Below, piece after piece: positions 48,261-62,478 of a DNA stretch of 64,000 bases (the stretch's first letter is position 1; each line of letters opens with the position of its first letter). The notes beneath the pieces are model-generated. The model worked only from the letters and a program-made list of their open reading frames with translations, ran no database searches and was not told where the DNA came from. This DNA is from Hemiscyllium ocellatum. Its lineage: Eukaryota. The stretch spans positions 38,837,090-38,901,089 of the forward strand of contig NC_083435.1 of NCBI RefSeq assembly GCF_020745735.1. The letters are read 5' to 3'. A program made the translations under genes and the position numbers.

Positions 48261-49949
48261 TTCGCTTAAAATGTTTTAAGCCTTTGGAATTATTGATCAC
48301 AGCTGGCTATGGTGCCATAAGGCTGACCACTTTCAATGTAATTTCTTTGATTTCTTAGGAAATTGAAGGGTATGTGAAGTAATTGCAAAAAAGGGTGGTC
48401 TTCTGATCCCACTTCTTAGGATATAATGATAATGGAATTGTGAATAAACAGTACAATCAAATAAGCTATAGCACATTGAAACATTAGGAAAGGGGTGGAA
48501 AGACTTGGGATCTATAGGTTGAATCTGTTTCTCCTGAAACTGCTACACCCAACACCTGTTGATTATGAATCCAAAGCACTGGTCCAGATCTCAAGGTCAG
48601 TAGCAGCCAGAGCATGTCACCACTGAATGTGAAAATAATTAACGTTTTTTGCATTCTTCTAATTGGGAATTTGTGTTCTATTGTTTTTTTTATTTTTCTC
48701 TCATTTTAATTGTAGATTGAAATGGGAAAAGGACTTTTTAAAAATTTCAAATCTTGTGCACCTTTTAAAAGCAAGCTATTAGTATTCCTTATAAGTGCTA
48801 TTTTACATTGCTATTTGTTTAAATAGTGGGGAATGTTACTGAAGCAAGGGCTTAGCACAAAGTGAGATTTAGCCAGCAAATGCTGCTCAGTAGCAGCAGT
48901 GCGTACTATCTACAAGATGCAGCACAAAATTCACCAAGTACTAAGGCTGCACCCTCCAAACCCATTACTGCTTTCGTCTAGAAGGACAAGGGCAGCAGAT
49001 ACATGAGAACACCATCACCTGCAAGTTCCCCTTCAAGCCACTCACCATCCGGAGTTGGAAACATATTAGCATTCCTTGACTGACTGTCGCTGGGTCAAAA
49101 TCTTGGAATTCCCTCCCTAATAGCATTGTTGGACAACCTACAGCAGGTGGACTGCAGTGGTTCAAGAAGGCAGCTCACCACTACCTTCTCAAGTGCAACT
49201 AAGAATGGGCAATAAGTACTGTGCCAATCAGCGATGCCCATGTTCTAAGAGTGAATTTTAAAAGTTGCTGATTGGACTGTGAATGGTGGGGGGACCAGTA
49301 ATCAATGACAAAGACCTTCTGCCTACCAACAAGCACAGAATTGGCTTACAGATACCTGTACAGCTTGTGCGTGTGAATGTAAGGTCAAAGCCATCAAACC
49401 TGCACAAAGGAGTGTTTTGTCCTTTGCAATATTCTGCAATAAAAACCACCATAAACCTGAAGAAATCTAAATAATTTTCCCTCAGCAGTTGCTGAAAGCT
49501 GTGATTTTAGCTAATGAGACCGACTTTATAAGTATGAATGAGTGACTCTGTGCTTCCTGCAAGCAAGTGCAAATACCTAGAGAAGGAAGATTAAGAAACA
49601 AGCCAAAAGGATCTTCTCAGCAAACCATGTGGACAGGGACCATTGAACTGCTTTCCTCGTCTTACCCTGAACATGTTACACCCGTGTGTGTGTGGGTGTT
49701 TTATAAGGGAGTTAGAGAGTTTTAACATGTAGACTTACATGTTGACAGTTCATAGTTGTTTATCTATAGCTATAGTCTATTTATTTGGAATAATTAGTCA
49801 TTCTTGTTCAGTACAGAAACCTAATCAATGTTTTCTGTCAGTCTGGATTTAAAAGACAGATAAATTGAGGAATTTTACTTACCTTTATAAAATCTTTAAT
49901 GTGTGTGATGACTCTGGAAATAACAGCCAGATTTCCAATGTGCTACCCA

Positions 49950-50960
49950 AGTGAGCATAACTGAATCCAAAATTTCCTATCAATTCCTGATAATCTTTGA
50001 TTGTCCTGCCTAACACAAATCGATCAACCTCCACCTTAAAAATATTTAATGATCCCACCTTCACGGCTTTCTGAGGCACAGAGTTCTAAAGTTACACAAC
50101 CCCTCTGAGAGAAAGAAATAAAATTCTTCCCATTTCTGTCATAAAAGGAGACCTAAATCTAAAATAGTGCCCCCTGTTCTGGACTGACCCATAGGAAGAA
50201 ACATCATTTCTAAATCTACCTTGTCAACACCATTCAGGATCTGAACTATTTTGATCAAGTCACCACCCTTGCTCTTCTGAACCCTAGGATGAAAAAAAAC
50301 CTGATCTGTACCATCTTTCATTCTAGGCAACTCCATTCATTCAAAGTATCAATCGAGTAAACGCCCTCCATTCTTAATAAGGAGACCAAAACTACACAAA
50401 GCATTTGAAACATAATTGAAGCATAATTTCCTTACTTTTACATTCAATACCTCTATTAATAAAGGATGGCATTCCATTAGTCTCCTTAATCACTTGCTGG
50501 ACCTAATTTTTATATTTTGTAATGCATTCACTAAGACACCTAGATCCTTCTGCATCCCAGAATTCTGCTGCTGTTCTGCACTTAAATAATACTTTGCTTT
50601 CTTTACTCTTTCCACCAAAGTGAACAATATACTCATCTGGCAGATTTTTGCCCCACTCATTCAGCCACATTGTCTTGGATCCCCTCACCTAAGTCATTGA
50701 TGTAAATTATAAAACGTTGAGGGCCGAGCAAAGACCCCTACGGGATCCCAATATCATATCTTGCTAATCAGATGAAGATCCCCATTTCTGCAGACTCTGT
50801 TTTCTGTTACCCAGCCAATCTTTTATCCAAGTTAAGATATTAAGCCTTGAACCATGAGATCCCATAATGCACAATAAACTTTTATCTTGTACCTTGTCAA
50901 ATGCCTCTGGAACTCGCAAGTACAGGATATCAATGAGCTCTGCTTCATCCAGCAAGTTGG
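49950..50960 (-). mobile_element. Degraded CR1 RT/3' fragment
   Basis: AFDKVQDKSLL..WIKDWLGNRKQ motif. Confidence 0.7.
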
Positions 50961-51689
50961 GGAACCAGGTAGCTCAGTTGGCTGAACAGCTGATTAGTAA
51001 TTATACCATTGGCAATGGCATAAGTTCAATTCCTGGACCACCTGAGATAATTGTGAAGGCCCTTCCTCTAAGGCATAGTTACCCTCAGGTTAAAACACCA
51101 TCAGTCTCTCTAATGAGAGAGCAACCCTATGGTCATGTGGCTGTTATTGGCTCACTATTTATATCCAGAATGGATATTACTCTTTCAAAGAATTGATTAG
51201 ATACAATTTCCATTTCTGACCCTTCCTGATAAACTTTGCAAGGTAAGTACCTACATCCCAAGTCTCTGACACTGATATCAGTGTAAGGGACATTCGTGGA
51301 ATGATTGCACAGGGCAGCACAAATCAACCCACCATAACTTTAAAACTTCCTGTGCATGTGCCATGCTTGTATATACACCAGGACTTTAGCTGGGTCCTAA
51401 TCAGTAATGTCAGCTCAACATTCACCACCACAGGCATTGAAAGATCTGGCCACTTATTTTCTGCAATAAATTATCATGAATCAATACTAAATGTTGTCAC
51501 CATCTCCTTGGTGAGTCAGTTCCATTGATTGACTTTACGCCCACTGAAATATTCCTGCTCCAGATCTGAACTCTCTTAAAGCTCAACTATGTCTTAGTCT
51601 GGACAAGGGGAAAACAATTTGACATGTACACAGTAACCTGTCCCATTATAAATTGCAATTGTATCATCTCACAATAGTATTTATTGTCT

Positions 51690-52480
51690 TTGAGTGGCTG
51701 GTGGTGAGATGCCTTTTTGAACCACTGCAATCATGTGCTGAAGATAAATCCACAATGCCCCTAGGGAGGGAGTTCAGGATTTTGACCCAGCTGAAAGAAT
51801 AACAATATATTTCCATGTCAGGATGGTGCTTGACTTGGAGGGAAACTTGCTGTGATGGTGTTTCTGTATGTCTGCTGCTCTTGTCCTTCTAGATCAAGAA
51901 ATGTTTGTGGGTTTGGAAAATATAATTGAAGGAGCTTTGATGAAATTCTGCAGTGCATCTTGTAAATGGTATACATTGTTGCTACTGAGCATTAGTTATA
52001 GAGGGGATGAATGCTCAATGTGGTAGATTTGGTGCTGTCAATTTCTTGAATATTGTTGGAGCTGCACTCTTTGAGTAAAGTAGGAAGTATTCCATCACAC
52101 TCCTGACACGTTCCTTGTAGATGGTGGTTGGGATTTGGGAAGTCAGGAGGTGAGTTATTTGCAACATAATTTTCAACCTCTGATCAACATCTGTAGTCAC
52201 AGCATAGTTTACATTGCTAGCCAGAAATTTGATAGTGGATGATTTCAGCAATGGTAATGTCATTGAATATCAAAGGGTAATGCTCAGATTCTCTATGGTT
52301 GAGATGGTCATCATCTGGCACTTGTATAGCAGGAATGTTTCTTGCCACTGATCAGACAGACCCTGATATTTTCCCAGGCATGCTGGCTCCTTCATTATTT
52401 CCGGACTTGTGAATGGAGCTGAACAACGTGAAATCACAGAATCCCGTTCTGCACTCTTCAATATGTTCACATCCAACCAG
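51690..52480 (-). mobile_element. L2/CR1-superclade LINE 3' part of a different family (tails also at ~31165-31385 + and ~48950-49260 +)
   Basis: RSVMEY....AAPT.FKKL remnant. The shared tail tggaattccctccctaa..gtggactgcagtggttcaagaaggcagctcacca..gggcaataa occurs at three sites. Confidence 0.6.
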
Positions 52481-52689
52481 TCGTGTTTTGCCAAGGTCTG
52501 CACACAATACTCCAACTGAGATCTAGCAAGTGTCTTGTACAATCACCTCTTGTACTCTATGCCCCTATAAATAAAGCCTAGAAAACTGCATGCTTTGCTC
52601 TCTCCACCTGTCTTGTCACCTGTAATGATCTATGCACAAACACACCCAGGTGTTTCTGCTTTGGCACCCCCTTTACAGTACATCGAACA

Positions 52690-55600
52690 GTACAACACAG
52701 TACAGACCCTTCGCCCCTTGATATTGTGTTGACTTTTCATCCTACTCTAAGATCAAACTGACCAACATTCCCTAGATTTTACTATCATCCATGTGCCTAT
52801 CCAAGCGTTGTTTAAATGTCCCTAATGTATCTAACTCTACTACCACTGCTGGCAGTGTATTCCACGCCCTGACCACTCTCTGTGTAAAGAACCCTCTCCT
52901 GACATCTCCCTGAAACATTCCTTCAATCACCTTAAAATTATGCCCCCTTATGATAGCCATTTCCTCCCTGAGGAAAAGCTTCTGGCTGTCCACTCTATCT
53001 ATGCCTCTCACCATCTTGCACACCTTTAAGTCACCACTCATCCTTCTTCGCTCCACTGAGAAAAGCCCTAGCTTCCTCGACCTTTCTTCATAAGACATGC
53101 CTTTCAGTCCAGGCAGCATCCTGGTAAATCTCCTCTGCACCCTCTCTAAAGCTTCCACATCTTTCATATAATGATGCAACCAGAACTGAACACAATATTC
53201 CAACCAGGTCTAACTAGGGTTGTATAGAGCTGCAGCATAACCTTGTGGCTCTTAAACTCAATCCCACTGCTAATGAAAGCCAATACACCATATGCCTTCT
53301 GGGTGGCAACTTTGAGGGATTTATGGATGTGGACCCCAACATCCTTTTGTTCCTCCACACTGCCAAGAATCCTGCCTTTAACCCTGCATTCAAATTTAAC
53401 CTTCCAAAATGAATCACTTCACACTTTTCCAGGTTGAACTCCATCTGCCACTTATCAGCCCAGTCCTGCATCCTATCAAAGTCCTGTTGCAACCTACAAC
53501 AACCCTTTACACTGTCCGGAACTCCACCAACTTTCATATCAATGGCAAACTTACTAACCATCCTTCCAATTCTTCAACCAAGTCATTTACAAAAATCACA
53601 AAGAGCGGAGGTCCCACACCGATCCCTGTGGAACACCACTGGTCACCGAGCTCTAGGCTGAATGCTTTTCATTTACCACCACCCTCTGTCTTCTATGGGC
53701 CAGCCAATTCTGTAATCAGACAGACAGGTTTTCCTGTATATCCGATGCCTCCTAACTTTCTGAATGAGCCTACCATGGGGAACCTTATCAAACACCTTGC
53801 TAAAATCCACATACACCACATCCATTGCTTTACCTTCGTCAATGTGTTTTGTCACATGCTCAAAGAATTCAATAAGGCTTGTGTATCATGACCTGCCCCT
53901 CATAAAGATATGCAGACTATCGCTAATCAAACTATGCTTTTCCAAACAATCATAAATCCTGTATCTCAGAATCCTCTCCAATAATTTGCCCACCACTGAA
54001 ACACTGACTGGTTTGTAATTCCCAGGGTTATCACTATTCCCTTTCTCGAACGAGGGAATAAGATTTGCCACCCTCCAATCATCTGGCACAACTCCAGTGA
54101 ACAGTGAGGATGCAAAGATCATCGCCAAAGGCACAGCAAACTTTTCCCTCACTTCCCGTGGTAACCTAAGGTATATCATGTCTGATCCAAAGGACTTATA
54201 GAAACATAGAAACATAGAAAAAAATACAGCGCAGTACAGGCCCTTCGGCCCTCAATGTTGCGCCGACCGAATCCTACCTAACCTACACTAGCCCAATAAC
54301 TTCCAAATGCCTATCCAATGCCCGCTTAAATGACCATAAAGAGGGAGAGTTCACCACTGCTACTGGCAGGGCATTCCATGAACTCTCAACCCGCTGTGTA
54401 AAGAATCTACCCCTAACACCTGTCCTATACCTTCCACCCCTTAATTTAAAGCTGTGTCCCCTTGTAACAGCTGACTCCATTAGCGGTAAAAGGTTCTCAG
54501 TGTCTACCCTATCTAAACCCCTAATCATCTTGTACACCTCTATCAAATCTCCCCTAAACCTTCTTTTCTCCAATGAGAACAGCCCCAAGTGCCTCAGTCT
54601 TTCCTCATACGATTTTCCTACCATACCAGGCAACATCCTGGTAAACCTCCTCTGCACTCGTTCCAATGCCTCCACATCCTTCCTATAGTATGGCGACCAA
54701 AACTGCACACAATACTCCAGATGAGGCCGCACCAGAGTCTTATACAACTGCAACATGACCTCAGGACTCCGGAACTCAATTCCTCTGCCAATAAAGCCCA
54801 GTACACCATATGCCTTCCTCACAGCACTATTTACCTGGGTGGCAACTTTCAGAGATCTGTGTACATGGATACCAAGATCCCTCTGCTCATCCACACTACC
54901 AAGTAGCCTACCATTAGCCCAGTAATCCATCTTCTTGTTACTCCTACCAAAGTGAATGACTTCACACTTAGCTACATTGAATTCCATTTGCCACCTTTCT
55001 GCCCAGCTTTGCAACTTATCTATATCCCGCTGTAACCTGCCACATCCTTCCTCACTATCCACAACTCCACCGACTTTTGTGTCATCCGCAAACTTACTCA
55101 CCCAGCTTTCAAGCCCCTCCTCTAGATCATTTATAAAGATAACAAAAAGCAATGGTCCCAAAACAGATCCTTGAGGTACACCGCTAGTAACTGCACTCCA
55201 AGATGAACCTATACCATCAACTACTACCCTCTGTCTCCTTCCAGCCAGCCAATTCCTAATCCAAACCTCTAATGCACCCTCAATGCCATACCTCCGTAGT
55301 TTTTGCATTAGCCCACCATGGGGTACCTTATCGAACGCCTTACTAAAATCCATATACACAACATCTACTGCTTTACCCTCGTCCACCTCCTTAGTCACCT
55401 GCTCAAAGAACTCAATAAGGTTTGTGAGGCACGACCTGCCCTTCACAAAACCATGCTGACTATCCTTGATCACGTTATTCCTATCCAGATGTTCATAAAT
55501 CTTATCCCTTACAATTCTCTCTAAGACTTTGCCCACCACAGAAGTCAGACTCACTGGCCTATAGTTACTCGGGCTATCCCTACTACCCTTCTTGAACAAG

Positions 55601-56760
55601 GGGACCGCATTCGCCATCCTCCAGTCTTCTGGTACTATTCCCGTTGACAATGACAACATAAAAATCCAGGCCATTGGCTCTGCTATCTCCTCCCTAGCTT
55701 CCCAGAGGATCCTAGGATAAATGCCATCAGGCCCAGGAGACTTACCTATTTTCATCCTTTCCAGTATTCCCAAAACCTCTTCCCTACATACTTCAATGCC
55801 ATCCATTCTAATCACTTGTGACTCAATATTCACACCAGCAACAGTGTCCTGTTCCTGAGTGAATACTGACAAAAAGTATTGATTTAGTGTCTCTCCAATC
55901 TCCTCCGCCTCCACACACAACTTCCCACTACTATCCTTGACTGGACCGATACCTACCCTAGTCATCCTTTTATTCCTGACATACCTATAGAAAGCCTTTG
56001 GATTTTCCCTAATCCTACCAGCTAAGGACTTTTCATGTCCCCTTCTCGCTGCTCTTAGCTCTCTCTTTAGATCCTTCCTGGCTACCTTATAACTCTCAAT
56101 CGCCCCAACTGAACCTTCACGCCTCATCTTTACATATGCCACCTTCTTCCCTTTCACAAGGGATTCCAATTCCTTATTAAACCACGGCTCCCTCACAAGA
56201 CCCTTAACTCCATGCCTGACTGGTACATACTTATCAAGGACACTCAGTAGCTGTTCCTTGAACAATCTCCACATATCATTAGTATTCTTCTCTTGAAGAA
56301 TGTTTTTCCAATCCACACATCCTAAGTCATGCCTCACCGCATCATAATTTCCCTGCCCCCAGCTATAACTCTTGCCCTGCAGTGCACATTTATCCCTCTC
56401 CATCACTAAAGTAAAAGTCACCGAGTTGTGGTCACTGTCCCCGAAGTGCTCACCTACCTCCAAGTCTAACACCTGGCCTGGTTCATTACCTAGAACCAAA
56501 TCCAGTATAGCCTCACCTCTTGTTGGCCTGTCGACATTATCTATCCTCATGTCTTTCAAAATTTTCAGCACATCCTCCTTCTTAACATTAACCTGTTTGA
56601 GCATATCAGGCTGTTTCACAAACAACAAAGTCCCTCTCACGAGTGAATACTGAAGCAAAGTATTCATTAAGGACTTCACCTACCTCCTTGGACGCCAGGT
56701 ACAAGTTCCCTCCACTATCTCTGATGGCTCTACCCTCACTCTAGCCATCCTCTTGTTCCT
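52690..56760 (-). mobile_element. Older CR1 (52690-54198 and 56537-56760) hosting a nested younger CR1
   Basis: Broken RT pieces 52772-54215. The host reading ..KDMRID | KS.GSDMIY.. is split exactly by the insert. Confidence 0.82.
54199..56536 (-). mobile_element. Young 5'-truncated CR1 with 750 uninterrupted ORF2 codons (54283-56535), including the whole RT
   Basis: Runs from VDRPTRGEAILDLVL (EN end) to HLEVIGLV* with no stop or frameshift; YMDFSKAFDKVPH, QGSVLGP and KFADD intact; (TAGAAACA)n-type tail. The first 48 aa of the 798-aa track ORF come from the host element. Confidence 0.93.
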
Positions 56761-57007
56761 CAGGTGACTCTCTGTGTGGAGTTTGCACATTCTCCCCGTG
56801 TCTGCGTGGGTTTTCTCCGGGTGCTCCGGTTTCCTCCCACAATCCAAATTATGTGCAGGTTAGCTGAATTGGCCATGCTAAATTGCCTGTAGTGTTAGGT
56901 GAAGGGGTAAATGTAGGGGAATGGTCTGGGTGGGTTGCGCTTCGGCAGGTCGGTGTGGACATGTTGGGCCGAAGGGCCTGTTTCCACACTGTAAGTAATC
57001 TAATCTA
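56757..57007 (+). mobile_element. HE1/V-SINE-like SINE (5' truncated)
   Basis: V-SINE core tgtgtggagtttgcacattctccccgtgtctgcgtgggttt.ctccgggtgctccggtttcctccca and a CR1-like tail ending (taatc)n. Confidence 0.85.
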
Positions 57008-57009
57008 AA

Positions 57010-60000
57010 AAAAAGTGTAGAACACCTTAGGGCTTTCCTTAATCCTACCTGCTAAAGCTTTTTCATGCCTCCTTCTAGCTTTCCCAAGTCCATTCTTCAG
57101 TTCCTTCCTGGCTACGTTGTAACCCTCTAGAGCCCTGTCTGATCCTTGCTTCCTCAACCTTAAGTAAGCTTCCTTATTCCTCTGGACAAGATGTTCCACA
57201 TCCCTTGTCATCCAAGGTTCCTTCACTCTACCATCCCTTCCTTGTCTCAGTGAGACAAACCTATCTAGCACTGTCAGCAAGGGCCTCCTAAACAACTTCC
57301 GCATTTCTGTTGTGCATTTCCCTGAGAACATCTGCTCCCCATTTATGGTCCACAGTTCCTACCTAATAGCATTGTAATTCCCCCTCACCCAACTAAATAC
57401 TTTCCCATACCGTCTACTCCTATCCCTCTCCATGTCTATCATAAAGGTGAGGCAGTTGTGATCACCATCACTGAAATGCTGTACCACTGAGAGATCTGAC
57501 ACCTGACCTGGTTCATTGCCAAGCACCAAATCCAATACAGCCTCCCCTCTAGTCGGCCTATCTACATACTGAGTCAGGAATCCATCCTGGACACTCCTAA
57601 TAAAATCAGCTCCATCCAAATTATTTGCACTAAGAAGGTTCCAATCAATATTAGGGAAATTGAAGTCACCCATGACAACAAATCTGTTATGTCTGCACCT
57701 TTCCAAAATCTGCCTCCAAATCTGCTTCCCTATATCTCTGTTGCTGTTGGGGAGGTCTATAGAAAACTCCCAATAAAGTGACTGCTCCTTTCCTGTTTCT
57801 GACTTCCACCCATACTGACTCTGCGGACAAACCTCCTCAATGACCTCCCTTTCTGCAGCTGTGATACTATCCCTGATTAGCAATGCCACTCCTCCACGTC
57901 TTTATTACCCTTAATTGTAACTGTCTCTTCATGTTCTTTCTACCATGTTGTTTCACCACATATTTCTCTGAACTTAACTGTCACCTACCTACCACTTCAC
58001 TAATTTATCTATGTCCTTTAGAAGGTTTACACTGTTGACCTCATATTTATAATGCTTCCAAGTCTTGAATCATCTGAAAGCTTTGACATTGTCCCCTGTA
58101 CACCAATATCTAGATCATTAATATATATCAGGAAAAGGAAGGATCCAAATCCTGATCCCTGGGGTACTCCACTACAAACCTTCCTCTAACCTGAAAGTAT
58201 CCATTGACTGTTACTCTGTTTCCTTTCACTCAGCCAATTTTGTATCCACATTGCCAATAGTCCATTTTATTCTATGGCCTATAACTTTCCTCAAGTCTGT
58301 TGTGGGGCGCTGTATCAAACACCTTCTGGAAATCCATGTACACCACATCAACAGCAATATACCCACATTAACTGTCTCTTTAAAGAAATTTGGTAAGTTA
58401 GCTAAACATAAATTTCCTTTAAGTAAAATCCATGCTGACCCTTCTTTATTAAACCAAATTTGTTCATGTGACTATTAATTCTATCCCAATATTCTATATC
58501 TGTTCCTATAGGTTTCCTCAATACTGTAGTAAACTGATCTATAATTGCTGGGCTATCCTTACAAGGACACTGATGTAATGTTCGCAATTCTCCAATCCTC
58601 TGGCACCACCCCTAAATTTAAGGAAGACTAAAACATTATGACCATTACCTCCACAATTTCTAATCTCACGTCCTTCAATATCCTTGGATATATCTCGTCC
58701 AGTCACAATGTCTTGTCAATTTTAAGGTTTATCCAATGCTTCCTCCTTATCAATTTTGAACCCTTCTTGTGAAATTAGTTAGCCATACATCACATTTTAC
58801 CACCATTTTACTAATTTTTTGACTTGAGAAGACTTTGGGATTCTCCCATATGTTAGCTGTCAGTTTCTTTTCTCTTTGCTCATCCTCTTTGCTTCTCTTA
58901 TTTACTTTTGCAACCTTTTTCTGAACCTTCTATATTCCTCTTAGTTTTCAATTGTACTTTCTACCTGACACCTGTTATCGGCACATTCTTCCTCTTCACC
59001 TTAATCTCTGTCTCCTTTTTCATCAAGAGAGCTCTGGATTAGTTTGCCCAATTTTCCTTTTGGGGGGAATAAACCTTGATTGTGTCTAAACTATCTCCTC
59101 TATGAAGATAATTCATTGTTCAGCTTTGGTTTTTTTCCTGTAAAAAGCAAAATACTAGAAATGTTGGCGATCTGAAATAAAAACAGAAAATGCTGGAGAA
59201 ACTCAGCAAGTTGGGCAGTATCTGTGGAGAGAAATAGAGTTGACATTTCAAGTCCAGTATGAAACTTTATCTTGGAAACATGAACTCTGTGTCTCTCTCC
59301 ACAGATGCTACTGTGCTCACTGAGTTTCTCCAGCAAAATCTGTTTGTCTTGCAAATTCTCTTTGGCAAACTTTGGGTGCAGTCCATCCAGCTCTATTCTT
59401 GCCCTGTTAAAGTCCAGTTAATTACTCTTACTCTTGAGTTATTTATTGACCTTTTCCACTGTCATTCTCAATCATCTGATATTATGATCACTGTCCCCAA
59501 AATGCTCCCTCACTGACACAATTTACCTCATTCCCAAGAAACAAGTCTAGCAGTGCCTCCGTTCTCATTGAGCTGGAAGCATACTCCAGTTGGAAATTCT
59601 CTGAACACAGTCTAGGAACATTTGCCCCCTCTGCTCCTTACACCACCATATCCCAATCCATATTCAGATAATCAAAGTCTTTCATTTTCATGACTCTGTA
59701 ATGTTTCTTCTCAGTAATTTTGCCTCAGATTTGTTTTGCTACAATCTTCCCACTATTCTTCTATAATTTTCCTGTTAATTATTGGCTTACAATATTGTTG
59801 GAGCAATATAGCTGTATCTTTTCCATGCCATAGTTTTAGTCAAATTGATGCTGTCTCTTGAACCCTCTGGCACATCTTTCTTCAGCGCAATGTCATCCTT
59901 AACCAATACTTCCACCACACCCTATTTTTTATCTTCCTGAATGTTTTGTATCCATGGATACTTAACACTCACTCACATTTCCTTGATCTAGGTCTTTGTT

Positions 60001-60560
60001 ACCACAACAACATAATATTCCCACATGGCAGCCTGCACCTGTAACTCCCCAATCTTATTTACCATACTCCTTGTATTCACATACATGAATTTAACACACT
60101 TCGGAACATTTTAATTTAACCCTTATTTTAACTCCACCTGCTAACTTATTATTCTCATTTCCAGAGCTATCTATCTCAATATTTTGTATTCATCACTTAT
60201 CTTCTCTCCTGGTTCCCAAACCCCTGCTAATTTAGTTTTAAGGCCTATCAACAGCATTAGTGAAATGCCTCACAAGGAACTCTGTTTTAGTGATCCTTTC
60301 TTGCATATACATGCACTATCTTGCTCAAAGTCATTCCTAGCGTCCCAGGAATCTAATATCTCTCTCCTGAACAATCTTTCCAGTCATATATTCATTTGCC
60401 TTATCCTTCTATGTCAATACTCACTAGGTGCAATCCAGAGATTACAACATTTGAGATCCTGTTTACAAACTTTCTACCTAGCTCTCCAATTTAACTGTAG
60501 GTTCACAACCTCCTTTCCACCAAACTCATTCGTACCAAATTGGGTAATAGTCTCTGCATT
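57010..60560 (-). mobile_element. CR1 endonuclease fragment (57010-57900) and older degraded CR1 DNA
   Basis: VVMGDFNFPNIDW and VDRPTRGEAVLDLVLG motifs; the further remnants are very decayed. Confidence 0.7.
59183..59343. repeat. Imperfect inverted repeat from a second Penelope-type pLTR family
   Basis: tgctggagaaactcagc..atctgtggagaga versus tctctccacagat..tgagtttctccagca. A related single arm lies near 38480-38580. Confidence 0.55.
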
Positions 60561-60589
60561 TTTGTAAGTCAAATCAAGATACTAATTTC

Positions 60590-61305
60590 ATGGTGAATGG
60601 TAGGGCCTTAAGGAGTGTAGTGGAACAGAGGAACCTTGGAGTTCAGGTGCAGTGTTCTCTGAAAGTGGAGTCACAGGTAGGCAGGGCAGTGAGGAAGGCT
60701 TTTGGCACACTGGCCTTCATCAGTCGGGGCAGTGAGTGTAGAAGTTGGGAAGGTGAGGCCGCATTTGGAATGTTGTGGAATTTGGTCACCTTGCTTTAAG
60801 AAGGATGTTATTAAACTGGAAAGAGTGCAGAAGAAATTTACAAGGATGTTGCCAGGACTCAACGCTCTGAGTCAAAGGAAGAGGTTGAACAAGCTGGGAT
60901 TTTTTTTAAGAGCATAGGAGACTGAGAGGGTATCTTAGAGAGGTGTATAAGATCATGAGAGGCAAGGATAGAGTGAATGCACTCAGTCTTTTTCCCAGGG
61001 TTGGGGAATTGAGGACTAGAGGGCATCAGTTTAAGGTTAGATAGAGGGGAGTGAATAAAAGGGACCCTAAGGGACAACTTTTTTTACGCAGAGGGTGGTA
61101 CACATATGGAATGAGCTGCCAGCGGAGGTGGTTGAGGCAGGTACTTCAACAACATTTAAAAGGCATTTGGACAAATACATGGATAGGAAAGGATTAGAAG
61201 GATATGGGCCAAGTGCAGGGAAATGGGGTTAGTGTGGACAGAAATTTTGGTCAGCATGGACCAGTTTGGGCTAAAGGGCTTGTTTCCAAACTGTAGGGCT
61301 CCATA
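60590..61305 (+). mobile_element. CR1 3' fragment
   Basis: KLERVQKKFTRMLPG motif and tail. Confidence 0.85.
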
Positions 61306-61526
61306 ACTCTGGCTGATCATCCTCTTCCAGAAGAATTTCTTGCAACCATTCAGTGTTATCCTTGACCTTGGCATGAGTGAGGAGAATTCTCCTCAGCTCT
61401 TGGCACTTTTTGTCATATTATGTTTCAAGGGACAGATAACTCACACTGTGTCAATCAACAGTCTGAACCCTGGCAGTGACAATGAAAGAACTACTCATGA
61501 TGTCAAACGATCACTGCCCCTTTAAT

Positions 61527-61860
61527 CATAGAGTCTGTATAGTGCAGGAAGAGGCCATACGAACCATCGAGTTTGCACCAACCCTCCGAAGAGCATCCCA
61601 CCCTATCCCCATATTTACCCTGGTTAGTCCACCTGACCTGCACATTCCTGGACATGACAAGAAATCTTTTTAGCATGGTCAATCCACCTCATGTGCATAT
61701 CTTTGAACTGTGGGAGGAAAACTGGAGCATCCAGGAGAAATCCACGTCGATAAGGAAGAGCATATAAACTCCACAAGGTCACCTGAATCTGGAATTGAAC
61801 CCAGGTCCCTGCTACTGTGAGACAGCAATGCTAACCACTGTGTCAACTAGCCGCCTCCAT
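61527..61860 (-). mobile_element. HE1/V-SINE-like SINE
   Basis: Same head, core and tail organisation as 21132-21460. Confidence 0.7.
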
Positions 61861-62154
61861 CTGAAGGTTAGTTTACCATTCTTTTGACAAATAAATACTT
61901 ACTTCAAAAACAACAAACTGTTAATAGGGTGGATTTGGCACCAGATATAAATTGTTGACATTAGTTCAATGTGAATTGTGACCTCCGTGTTTCTTATCAT
62001 CCTTTCCCTTTGTCTTCATATGCTACAGTTTTGGAAAGTTAATAATTGCTGTAATAGCTGTGAAATAAAATCTCATATTACAGAGTAAATACAAGGAAAA
62101 TTCAGTTTTCAATGAGCCCTAATATTTAAAATATGTCCACAACTACCCATATGC

Positions 62155-62478
62155 CACAGGATGGACATTCCACATGGTTGAAAGTGAGGACTGCAGATGC
62201 TGGAGATTAGAGTCAAGATTAGAGTGGTGCTGGAAAAGCACAGCAGGTCAGGCAGCATCCAAGGAGCAGGAAAATCAATGGGCAGGAGCCCTTCATCAGG
62301 AATGAACATTTGCTATAATACCTCATTCCTAATGAAAGGCTCCTACCTGAAACGTCGATTTTCCTGCTCCTCGGATGCTGCCTGACCTGCTGTGCTTTTC
62401 CAGCACCACTCTAATCTTGACTCTAATCTCCAGCATCTGCAGTCCTCACTTTCAACCATGTGGAATGTCCATCCTGTG
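62155..62478. repeat. 324-bp near-perfect inverted repeat built from Penelope pLTR ends
   Basis: 62155-62276 matches the reverse complement of 62357-62478 with one mismatch in 122 bp. Confidence 0.9.

Noticed and set aside
54283-56679. 798-aa ORF as a host gene or intact CR1 ORF2
   Set aside because: It is a chimera of 48 host-CR1 codons and a 5'-truncated CR1 ORF2 lacking most of the endonuclease.
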